DNA from: Phoronis australis | Lineage: Eukaryota; Animalia; Phoronida | Direction of reading: 5' to 3' | Assembly (NCBI GenBank): GCA_002633005.1 | Contig: NMRA01000258.1 | Location: 331,126-395,125 of the forward strand | Length of the DNA stretch: 64,000 nt | Shown: piece after piece, positions 10,776 to 21,747 of the stretch | How the letters are laid out: every line of letters starts with the position of its first letter | How positions within the stretch are numbered: position 1 is the first letter of the stretch | Notes under the pieces: model-generated | Databases searched by the model: none | What the model saw: the letters and a program-made list of their open reading frames with translations, nothing else | What the model was told of the DNA's origin: nothing | Made by a program: the position numbers and the translations under genes

Positions 10776-12352
10776 ATGTCTACAGAAAAAGGAACCTCAC
10801 CAAGTGCACCTCGCCCTTCGCTTGTCGCGAAGAAAGCTCCAGCCTCGAACCCCAAAACTTTAGACATGGTTCTCGAGGCCGTGGCCAGTGTCAAGTCGTC
10901 AAGGGGAGTGGCGCTGCCAACAATAAAGAAATATATTGAGGAAACTTACCCGACTGCGAAGACAGGTATGCTCAACACGCTAATTAAGAGGTCAATCGAG
11001 CGCGGTTTGGATGAGGGGCTGTTAATACAACCGCCGTCTTCGGAAGGTACTGGAATGAAGGCGAGATGGAAGGTGGACAAGCAGAAAGTAGCGGACTTGT
11101 ACAAACCCAAAAAGAAGGTGACAAAGGTAAAAAAGGTAGATGAAGACCAGCTGAAGTCTGTCACACTGAAGAAAAGGGTTGCCAAAAGCCCATCACGCAA
11201 AACAAAGTCTCCGAAATCTGCGGGCAAGAAACCAGCAAAGAAGTCCCTCGGGGACAAAAAGAAAGCTACAAAGTCGCCAAAACCGGCGACTAAAAAGTCT
11301 CCCAAGGCAAAACCATCGAAGCCCAAGGTAGGAAAGGAGACACGGTGACCTCGGGTGACCTATATGCTCTGCTAGCGCCAGGGACAAATACAGGATAAAC
11401 ATGGTCAGAAACCTTTCAAAACCTTTTTCGTCTGGAGGAATGCTTATAGTATGATGGTGGATGTATTGACAGTGATCGTTTCGTTTGATAATTTAGTTGT
11501 CCAAAATACGTCGACAAAAATTCAAAGACACCGTAAGGCCGATACTCGGCACAGTACATGAAAAGTTCTCGGATAAAACGGAATTTAATGATTGTCACGT
11601 GACCTTTGGGATTATCTTTGTTCTTTCTACATCGTGTTTCGTTGCATAATTAATTCATTGGTCTTGCAACACGTATGATTGTGCGATTTCTCTTCCCTTG
11701 TCAAATTCAAGTTATTTCTCGTTCCTCCGTGTTTCGGTTAATTTTTATTACCCATCTTTCCAGAGATATAGTGATTTACTACTATTTACTAGTCTCCTGC
11801 ATAATTTTGTACCGTCTTAAAAGTCATAACAAATGATCATATTTACGCCAAACTTTTTTCTCCATCGAGTTTGTGACGGATCATATTTGTCTGGTAAAAG
11901 TGTCGAACATAAAATTATCAGATCTCCCTGGTTACAACGACTCTCCGCATTGCATAATTTACCTACATTTACGACCATGAAAATAGACTCGCCAGAATGT
12001 TCTATTTCCCGTCCTTTTAAGCCTAATTTCACTTTTCATTGGAACTTTGTAATTCACTGTTCGGTAAACAACATCTCTGTCACTTGGCCTTATGCATTAA
12101 CCGTCAGTCCCTCGAGCGTTCCTGAACTTTAGGACAGCGCTCATCAGTAGACAGAAATCGGTGAACATTCAGTGTTAGTTTCTGATGCACACGGAGCAAA
12201 CACTAAATTATACAATTGCCCAAGTTCACCAAAGTCACTTTTTATTGCAGCCAAGAGGTACGAAATCGCCAAAGACATCCACATCCCCGAAGGCCAAGCC
12301 AAAGAAAGCACCCTCTTCCTCTAACAAGCAGAAAGCAAAGAAAACTAAATAA
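10776..12352 (+). CDS. Linker histone H1, B4/H1oo(H1.8)/cleavage-stage-like, 2 exons, 217 aa
   Basis: Winged-helix globular domain PKTLDMVLEAV...RGVALPTIKKYIEETYP...IERGLDEGLLIQPPSSEGTGMKARWKV and a Lys/Ser/Pro-rich tail. Exon 1 is 10776-11327 (AAG|GTAGGA); exon 2 is 12251-12352 (ttttattgcag|), encoding PRGTKSPKTSTSPKAKPKKAPSSSNKQKAKKTK*, phase 0. Confidence 0.88.
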
Positions 12353-12937
12353 ATCAAAACGGCAACGTACTTCATCTATAAGAACTGAATATGTAGTCCG
12401 CCCAGGCTACGATCATTAGTGGGGCGAACTAAACATGAGACTTGAGTATTAGTTTGACATGACTCTCGTTAGGCGGTATGCTCGGGGTAATTGTTCTGTT
12501 AATTCCATTTTCGAAATAAAAATATTTTAATATTCTCGCGCGAACATTTCTGTCTACGCACTTCTGTATACAGTCTCGCATCCAGCCTCTTGATAGCATA
12601 AGTCTGGTGATCTCACTGACGTTTGGTTCTTAATTTTCAAAGATAAAATGTCCACCGATGTAATTAAATAACTGAATATAAACATTATGCCTTTGTAACC
12701 TCCAGTTAACTGGTGTTACTTCAATTGCAGTCCACGTGATAAACGCTGGTTATGGTCGCTGCTCACAATGTTGCCCTAAAACCTCAGATAGATATATCTG
12801 AGCCTAAAACGGAGAACACTTTGTTCAGAGCTGTGTTTCTATTTTCGTATCACGTTAATTTATCCAGCCGGGTTGATCATCGATTGAATAAATAGCTCTC
12901 TAAAAATGGCAGAAATCGGAAGAAATGAGAGCCGATA

Positions 12938-13667
12938 CAGTGGCGGATCTAGGATATCACAAGGGGGGGGCAACTTTTTGTCCGGCTGTAAGCATTTGCG
13001 CAAACTGAACCACGATTGTAGATGCGCATAGCACCTAAGTGGGGGGAGGTCGGGAGGGGAGAGAAATTTTTCTGTTTTACTTCTAAAAATCTAGCATTTT
13101 CCTTGATTCCTGAAGACAAAAGGGGCAAAAAAGCAAAAAGAACGGAGAACGTGTCGAACAGAAAAAACTGCAAGAACCTAAGACTCTAACTCACGACCTG
13201 GCGGATAGAGCGCGCGTTTATTACCACTACACCACCACAACTTAACTACTAATCTTTTTCTAAGAGACCTACTTATTTATGGTCCACAGCGTTTGCGCGC
13301 GAAACCTACATCTTTTTGTAATGCATATTACACGTTATATTTTTTGTGCCATCAGTTCTTAACAAATTTGTCGTATTTAAAATAGTCCTCAAATGCCCAA
13401 ACGACCAAACCCGTTTTGCGTGTTGGCAATAATGACGGGATTGCTTTGGAAATCGTCTTAAGATAAGAGAGTTTCGCAAGTTTCTGAGTGATTCACTAAG
13501 GCTTCGATTAAAGTTCACATCTTACCAGCAGCTTCTGTTTTTTCATCGTCACTCAGGTTCCATTTTCTTTAAAAAATGACGTAAATTTTCTTCATTGCAC
13601 AGTGGAGCAGACGACGAAAACGGAGTCGTAGTGCGCAGCGCCACTGCCGGTCGCCTGGGATATCGCG
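12938..13667. repeat. Dispersed composite repeat, copy 1 (hAT-like CAGTGGCGGAT end plus minus-strand tRNA-like head)
   Basis: Colinear with 16519-17175. The reverse complement of ~13183-13236 gives GTGGTGTAGTGG...GGTCGTGAGTTAGAGTC (A/B-box-like). Confidence 0.7.
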
Positions 13668-13681
13668 GGAGAGCCTGTACT

Positions 13682-14442
13682 ATAAATGTATTTGTATTGA
13701 AGGCCTCTGGCCCAAAGTACAATAAACAAAACAATTAATGAGGCACATTTGCACAAGCAGTCAACCCATTTAAGAGTTGTTCTCGTCTTTTAAGGGCAAA
13801 ATACACATATTTAACAGCAGATATATCTGGATTAGCGAGCAGGCGTATACAGGATTCTTGAGTTGGATGCCTCCATTGAAATTCCTTCATAAAACGTGAC
13901 CTAAGTTCACAATATCCCTTGCAAACCAACAGGAAATGGTATTCATCCTCTGCAAGACCATCATTGCAAGCCATACATAATCTATTGTAATATTCCACTT
14001 TCTCCTGTCTACCCACTTCCACTTGTAGTCTGTGGTTGGAGCAACGTAAACGAGTAAACGCTTGAATGAGACTATTGTGTAGCGGTAACTTAAGATATGG
14101 TTCAAAACAGTACAGAGTCTTAAAGTTAGAGTAGAATTTAAGTTTTGCATTATGCTCAATTTCTGATCGCCAACCTTGTTCATAACAGTCATTAACTCTT
14201 TGCGCGAAGAAACTTAAAAACGAGACTTCGCACGTCTGAGTGACACCTCGATTCAACCAAATTTGATAAAAACCGTATTTTGATAGCAATTGTCTAACAG
14301 AAGATACCCAAGTATTTCTTCCATTCCTATCTAAATCAACTAACATGTCATAAGCCGCTTTAGCGTATCTAGTAGGTGGCATTTTCAATAACTTTAGCCA
14401 ATATTTTACACACGTGACATAATACTTTGCATAGAGCGGATA
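13682..14442 (-). mobile_element. 3' end of a non-LTR retrotransposon (RTE-X/CR1-like ORF2 C-terminus), cut by the N at 14443
   Basis: Open ~235 aa: CVKYWLKLLKM...WVSSVRQLLSKYGF...KLKFYSNFK...RLRCSNHRLQVEVGR...RLCMACNDGLAEDEYHFLLVC (CCHC finger), followed by a short 3' tail. Confidence 0.85.
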
Positions 14443-15115
14443 ANACATACTTATACTAGAAACTATGCGATACAAATCGGTGCGACTTGGAACGTCTTAG
14501 TTTAGAGAGAAAGCCAGTGTGTTTTTTTATCTCGGACATTATTTTTTCCATTGTTATAATTACTTTCATCAAACCTGACATTCAGTTCACGCTAAAATGA
14601 CATAGTCAGGCGACGACCGGCCAACACCAGGCCCGCATTTTGTTTCTGTAATGAATTTCACGTCCCACTAAGCCGCCACTAATACGTCGGTTTTTCAATA
14701 GATTAACTCTTACCATAGATTAGTCTGTCCTGTCTCAGTAGGCAAAGTTATCACGATGATGCACGGCCGGTGACCAATGACTGATGTGGGAAAGTAGCAG
14801 AGTGCCAGAGCTACATATACCACAGCTCAGTTGGTTTCTCTTTCTATTATTTCCATTTTTTATGTGGGCGTGATCATTTCTGTGTAAATCTCGCCATATA
14901 TGGCAGCAGTTTAGTGAATCAGTACCCGACCAAGTCAGCTGTCGCTCTCGAGGACCGGCTTCTAGGTTATGGTGCACCACCAAACATAAAAATGAAACTA
15001 AAAACGCGTATTAAATTCAGATTAATAAGCCTGAAAACATTTCATTTGAGAGTTTTATTATTTGGGCTTCAGCATCGACTGAACTCAGTAACTTAGGCTA
15101 AAATGAGTTTTACAG

Positions 15116-15262
15116 CAGGGGCGGATCCAGAATTTTGAGTTAGGGGGGCCAGGACAGAGTATTAGCCAGTATTTTGCCCGTCAGACATACACACCCCCGA
15201 CCTGCCAAATGTAATCTGGGAGAATTTTAGGGGGGCCTTGGCCCCCTGTAAATCCGCCACTG
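15116..15262. mobile_element. hAT-type MITE
   Basis: TIRs CAGGGGCGGATCCA / TAAATCCGCCACTG. A related copy lies inverted at 15574-15736. Confidence 0.7.
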
Positions 15263-15573
15263 TACAGTGACGGGGAAGCGGAAAGAACATCTTTAACTGA
15301 ATGCGAGCCTGTGTGTCTTTCTATAATTCTGGTGAAAGTCTGGCTACTATGGTATGTGAACTTGAAAATAGTTTCCCTGAAGTGGGGTTTCTAAGTCCGC
15401 GCGTACCTCTTTCAAATCAACATCCAGTTAGGCCTACGATTATATTTTGTCTAACCTTGAAGACTGCTGCACGCCGTGCTGCCACCATGACTAGGCAACA
15501 CATTACCCTGATACCAAATCCAGGTCTGATTCTTGACTGCTTGCATTTGCGAATTAGAATTTTTAGCCAGATA

Positions 15574-15736
15574 CAGTGGCGGATTTAGAGGGGGGGCAAG
15601 GGGGGCATGCTCCCCCTAAACTCTCCCATGCCAGATTCCATTTGGCAGTTCGGAGGTGCGCCGTCTGATGGGCAAAATCCTGGCTAATTCTTTGCCCTGG
15701 CCCCCTTCCTAAATAAAAATCCTGGATCCGCCCCTG
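15574..15736. mobile_element. hAT-type MITE (inverted sister copy)
   Basis: TIRs CAGTGGCGGATTTA / TGGATCCGCCCCTG. More diverged relatives at ~41007-41150 and ~49078-49252. Confidence 0.7.
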
Positions 15737-16128
15737 AGCTAAAAATGAAGACGAAATTCAGCTTGATGTTTCCAAAGTTGCATGGTTTAACAGAACTCTG
15801 GCCTGCCCGACACCATTCAGTGACTTTTACCCTCCTTAAAGACAGCGTCCTGCGGCTAGAACACCTTTTTGACACCAGAAATCTACGTATTGTTCATAAA
15901 AATGTTGTTTTTGATTCTTACATACCATAGAAAATAATTAATTGCGACGCAAATTACACCGCTTATAATTTATAGCCGCTTCGAGCGCCCCAGAAAAAAT
16001 TTCAACCAATTAGCGTAAAGTGGTTTTTGTGACGTTATCATATCGTGGCCACGAGATTACTCGGAAGCCACACTGGGTAACAGCTGAATGCCAATGGATG
16101 TATTGTACTTGTCGATCTCTGGGCTAAA

Positions 16129-16300
16129 ATGCCGCGTTGCGTGATGCACGGGTGCAGCAATGTTAGCGGTAATGGCATACATTTGCGCAACTTCTCCACC
16201 GATCCCGTCGTTTACCGTGCGTGGAATTGATTCGTCATCCAGGACAAGGACTCCGACAAAATTCCCGATCAGCAAGATCTGTGCACAGGCGCATGAGTTT
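16129..16300 (+). pseudogene. THAP zinc-finger domain remnant (DNA-transposon derived)
   Basis: MPRCVMHGCSNVSGNGIHLRNFSTDPVVYRAWN*FV...: THAP CxxxxC...P...W pattern with an in-frame stop. Confidence 0.6.
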
Positions 16301-16518
16301 ATGTGTTGCTCGATCGCAAATGACGTCACTCAATACTAAGAAAACATGTTTGTTATAAATAGTTAGGAGTCATCGGGAAATTCGAGCGCCTGTGGATCTG
16401 TGCTAGACTAGGTGCAAAGCTGTACACAAAATCTATAGCTTGGCACCGGTGTAGGTAGAAATGACTGAATAAAATTTGACACAGAAGTAGTGTCATTAAA
16501 AGCTATCCGTTCTTCTTT

Positions 16519-17175
16519 CAGTGGCGAATCTAGGATATCATAAGGGGGGCCCAAGATTTTGTCTCATAAGGAATCACGCAAAACACCATTGTAGAGGCGC
16601 ATAACACCGAATGGGGGGAGAAAATTTTGTTTTTGCCTCTGATAAGCATTTTCCTTGATTCCTGAAGTATTATCAAAGAAAGAAAAAAAAATCAGAGTGT
16701 CCATCTGGAAAAATTTTAAATGCCACAGAATTACTCACGACTCGTCTGCCTGAGCGATTGCGCTTTACCACTGCACCACCGTGCTTCGTCTTACTATTCG
16801 ACACAAAGAAACATACTTGTTTATGGTGCACAGCGTTTGCGTGCTAAACCGGTTTCTTTTTGTAATGCTTATTACATGCTTTATATTTTGTGCAATCAGT
16901 TCGTAACGGCAAAAGTTGTGTTGCCCAAAGGACCAAATCCGTTTTTCGTGTTAGCATTAACCAGTGACGCTTTGGAAATCGTCTTAATTTTAATGTTTGA
17001 CAAGTCCTGAGTGATTTACTAAAGCTTCGATTAAAATATACATGTTACCAGCAGCTTCTGTTTCTTCATCGTCACTCAGAAAAAATGAAGTAATTTTCTT
17101 TATTACACAGTGGAGAACACGACGGAAACGGGGTGCTAGTGCGCAGCATCACTGCCGGTGGCCTGGGATATCGCG
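16519..17175. repeat. Dispersed composite repeat, copy 2
   Basis: Direct-orientation homolog of 12938-13667 (shared blocks TTTATGGT.CACAGCGTTTGCG, TTACCAGCAGCTTCTGTTT, GCCTGGGATATCGCG). Confidence 0.7.
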
Positions 17176-18625
17176 CACATATCGACCGAGAGCGCCATTA
17201 ACTTAGCCATAGCTCCATTACTATTGCGCCGGTTGTCTGAATCGGACACTTGAAATCGGGTTTGAGTCCCCCCCCCTCCCTCACTCACACACGCACACAC
17301 AAACTAAAGCTGCACACATTGTTAAATCTTGTTTCAGCCGTATAATGTTTTTATTACCGGGGTTAATTAATAAACTCAACATTTCCTCATGCTCTTGTTG
17401 TTTAATCTTTTTGCGGCAACCCGCACGGGGGGTGGGGGCGGTTTTCTGATTCATCGGGCCTCGATCAGTGTTGCCGCTAAAATTAATGGTTTCATTTCAA
17501 GTTTTTACTATTGTAATACCTCAAAACTCAATTTCAGAACAAATTAACTCTCGAGAGATATCGCAAAATTTTGAGGAAATGGCGTGTACGTGCGCTTGAC
17601 ACGAGTATGCAGCTGTCAAAACGATCAGATTTCCTTTGTTACAAAAGGCGGAGAATTACAAAAAAAGTTTGTTGTTAGAAAGTTTCACGACGAGGTGAGG
17701 AGCTGAGCACTCGTATTGTGTGAAGCTCTACACACGGCCGCTGAGTTGCTGTGACGATAGTCTTCATACACCGTCTGCTGCTCAGGCTAGCTGGCTTCAG
17801 TTCTAGTCAACCTCAGTAGTACATTTATGATGCAACGTTGGGTAAATATTGTGTACTATACAATATTTGAAATGCACTCTTAGTTTTCACTTCAATGAAT
17901 ATCTGATTACCGTACTTAAGTTGTGTTACGGCAGGATCAAATCATGCACGGTGCTGGAAAGAAATTTATACTGCCAGGCCGGGAAAGCATCCCGCATCCG
18001 TAAACCTTGGCTTCTAAAATGTGACAGTGACAAAAATTCTGCTTGATGCTTTGAACACAGTCTCTTCAAGAAATACAAGTATTCCTGTTTCTTGCGATGA
18101 ACACTAATGTTCACTCTTAGGTGTAGCTATTTCCCCTCGGCGTTTCCCACTAGCTGCTATTATTTCATTGCTACTGACCACCTAGCGGCACGCAGAGAAC
18201 CAGCGAGGAATGAAAAGTCGGTCAAAAGCCAATCACATGCCAGTATTTTGGTTTGTGCAGTATGCCGATGTTGTTGAAGAACTTCCGGATATCAGGCAAG
18301 GGGGTCTCTTGACAAAGTCACAACGTTTCGCGACTGACAGGGTCTACGTATCGAGTTATAATCTACTCCGGGGCTAGTTGTGAGTGTGTGCGTGTGTGTA
18401 AGAAGCTTGTGATGTTTATAGGTAAAATTCATTTTCATGAGTCAAAGGTCACAGGTCATTCCCCAAGTTGGGGACCCCAACACCCTATCTCCGACTCCGG
18501 AGCATTTCTTCAAGTTCAACGTCAACTCAAGTGCAGGTCTATGGCATGGCACCGTCTCTAGGAGGCTCAGTAAAGACGGTTTAGCTTCTATAGGCACTTC
18601 ATGTGCCGGAATTGTTTTGGCGAAT

Positions 18626-18735
18626 TATACTGGGGAACCCAATGTTCGTCCGCCTAAGCATAAAACCGACTTGCTGTTGTATACTGGGGAGCCCAATGTT
18701 CGTCCGCCTAAGCATAAAACCGACTTGCTGTTGTA
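18626..18735. repeat. 54-bp tandem duplication (2 copies)
   Basis: TATACTGGGGA(A/G)CCCAATGTTCGTCCGCCTAAGCATAAAACCGACTTGCTGTTG twice. Confidence 0.95.
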
Positions 18736-19409
18736 CTCACCGAATTATTCCACTTCAAAGTTATGATCTGAATAGGATTCGATTTAACTCTCACAGATAT
18801 ACCGCATTCATCGATTCGGAAGTTTTCTTTAATTTGTGCCGAGTTATTTCAAATGTGCACTGCCTTCGGCAGCCATTTTATTGTGACACCTAAGTTCGTC
18901 ATATGCTGCCCCCTTTTGTAAAAACTGAGAAACATGCAGAAAAAGGCCAACGAAGTAATGAAAATTGCAACAGCCTGTTTTTATTGACATAAACTCGATT
19001 TGAAGCTTTGATGTTGAGCTCTGCACTGTGGTTTCCAATAAAAGCCAATACGACATTTCAATGCAGTTTAATGGTGAACGTGAGGCAAAAATGTTAAGAA
19101 CCCAGCGTATCGCATTTGTCTGCGGATTTTTCCTTTGGCCTTCTAGATCCTACTAGTGCCTGGGAAAAACAGATACATTGCATAAACAAACCCTGGATCA
19201 TGTTTTGTGTCCCGTCGGAAGAAAATTTAAATTCGAAAACATCTTCTGAAAACGCACAAAAAAGTGTATTAGTAAAATCTACTGATTTTTAAGTGGTTTT
19301 AAAAAACAATCGGTAAACTCACCGATTTTTGTCTCATTACTTTGATACGTGTTTCTCCCGAGAGGTTAGTACCTAACGTGAAGACGAGCACTCCAAATTG
19401 GAACGCTAA

Positions 19410-19480
19410 GTCCCGCGTGGTTGCGCTGCACGCGAAACAAGATGGCGGACGAACTTTGGAGCCTGACGAAAATAGGTAAC
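19410..19480 (+). promoter_or_regulatory. Candidate NOSIP transcription start / non-coding first exon
   Basis: CpG-rich patch with a YY1-type AAGATGGCGG (19439-19448) and a donor AG|GTAACC at 19475/19476. The NOSIP ATG exon begins with an acceptor at 21731, so an upstream exon is expected. Confidence 0.5.
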
Positions 19481-19542
19481 CGGACGATATGTCTCACACC
19501 GACTAAAACACCAAAAAAAAGTCACGTTGTTATAACTATAAG

Positions 19543-20355
19543 TACCGTCAGAGGCCCTGGCTAAAGTCGTGAGTGCCCTAAAGTCGTGAACGATCTTATT
19601 TCCTCGTCTGCGCGGTCCTGCGACATCCGGCGTTGAAGTTTCCAGCATTCGTCTGCTTACGAACGTCAAACGAATACCCGGACGTGTTCGTATTCACAAT
19701 ATGATAACAAACAGTGAGTGAGTGGCTTCTTTTTTCAAATGTATCTTAAAAACAGCATATTTCACTAATCCACTTTTTTGAGCATTTTTGGGATATTTTT
19801 TCAAAAATATTCATTGTTCAGATTTACTCAAACACGAGCTCCAGGGGTAGCTTGAACAATGTATCAGAATGTCCCATGGTCGATAAAGTTTTGTAAGGCC
19901 AAAGCAATAAAATACAGAGAGATAATTTATACTGGGTCCTCAGCGTTTTACGTGAACAACCTCATTGAAAACGTCTGTGCACATCAAAGTTGAGTGCACA
20001 ACATATAACAATTTATTTCAATTGCAACTGAATTAATAAACAATGCAATGCATTTTTATGCCATCTAGAGTAACTGTACGCACTGTAGTTGACTTGTGAG
20101 GTCTTACTTCGTGTATTTCCGTCTAACCGAAACGATCACGACTTTAGGGCCTCATTCAAAATGGCCGCCGATATCAGCGACCGTTTCAAAACTCTGCTTA
20201 CGGAGACAAACAAGGATTAAGATTGTCAAAACACGTATATTTGTGAAGGCTGACATATGCCCATGACATCACACGAGCAGTTGCTAACGGACATTGGGTA
20301 GTATGACAATCGGCACTTATTATGCTTATATTCACGACTTTAGGTCACCGGTGTA
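19543..20355. mobile_element. Tc1/mariner(pogo)-type MITE, copy 1
   Basis: TA-flanked, with imperfect TIRs containing CTAAAGTCGTGA / TCACGACTTTAG. A near-identical shorter copy is at 48213-48812. Confidence 0.75.
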
Positions 20356-21747
20356 TACCTTATAAATGCCAAGAGGGACACCGTAGTGTAAGCCAATAGG
20401 AGGTCGTCAAGTCTTTAATTCCTTGCAACTCCAACAAATACTCCCATTCTCAAACTTTTTCATTGAGCACCCCTTCATTCAGTTCCCAAATCGGTAATGG
20501 GCCATTTTTGACACTGCGCGTGGCAGGTGCTATGACGTCATATCCCCTGACATGCGGCGCAATGTAAAAATGGCCAGTTACCAATTTTAGGAACTGAACA
20601 AAAATAATGCTCAAAGAAAAGGTTTGATAACAGGAGTATTTATTCGAGTTGGAAGGAATTAAAGACATCGACGGCCTCCTAATGTGTCCCTCTATACGCG
20701 TAGGGTATTTATAACAACATGAATTATATGTTTTAGTCGATGTTAGGCATAATTCACCAAAAAGCTTCCAGCGTATGAAGCGGCTATAGGAGCTACTCCG
20801 TCTCTGCTGAGCCAGCTAGTGATGGTAGTCACCGTCTACAAACCTATCAGAAATATTCGAAGACCGTTTTACCAGAAAATTTACAGGTTGTGAAACATCC
20901 TCTAACATCCGAAGGAGAAATAGCAGGTGCTTCCAACCTGTTGTGTACAAAATAGACTCCTGCACAGGGACATTGCAGACCAGGCTTGCACCTGTTCTAC
21001 TGGGTGCACCTGATGATAAAAATTTGCCTTTTTTCAAAAAGTTATGCCCAACATATTTAGAATAATCAAAGTGATAACATATGAAACAGAAACCGCAAAG
21101 GCAACTGAAGTGAAAGCAGAGTCATGTTTTACCTGATTGGCAGTAACTTGACTAGAATTTTACATTTTTGAAAGAGTGTTGCATTTTCAAAGATATGCCT
21201 GGAGGGCGCACTGCTGCAATGTACTTGCGCCTTTTTATTTTTCGAATGTGCTAATGGTGCAAAGGCGCAGTCCATGAATACCCCTGCTTACTAGTACACA
21301 TATTATTTATTTCCATGTACAATACTAGATTGGACTGCCCGAGGAAGTGGTGATAGGTCAATCTATGGAGGCCTTTAGATCAGACCACAGTTGCTGCTGT
21401 TTTCATTACCATGCTCTCTCCACAATGCCAGTATTGGTTTCTGCAACGTAATGGACAGATTCAGATTCAGACCCATTCAGTGTATAATTATAAAGTACTA
21501 AATTTGTCAGCTGTTTTCTTTTTGTAATGAATCGTGAAAAGTAAAAACAGCATTGACTCATAGATTTATTCAGGTAAGTGGCTCATGAACAACAAAAACC
21601 ACAAATTGGAATGTCGTGACGATTGAATTTTCCCTGGAATCGAATGAAATTGCCAGACCAACATGAGGGTGTCAAATTGTATTTCTTCAAAGAAGTCCAC
21701 ACTAATGAAATGCTTCACGCATGTTCTCCAGACACAAGATCATCACA

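Noticed and set aside
10946-11326. 126-aa Phe-rich minus-strand ORF
   Set aside because: Antisense shadow of the Lys-rich H1 tail.
10776-12352. H1 gene as a virus-captured (Polinton-encoded) histone
   Set aside because: It lies outside the AGTAGT terminus at 10634, and it is intact and spliced while all Polinton genes are decayed.
13183-13236. tRNA gene
   Set aside because: Only A/B-box-like remnants within a dispersed repeat; no complete cloverleaf.
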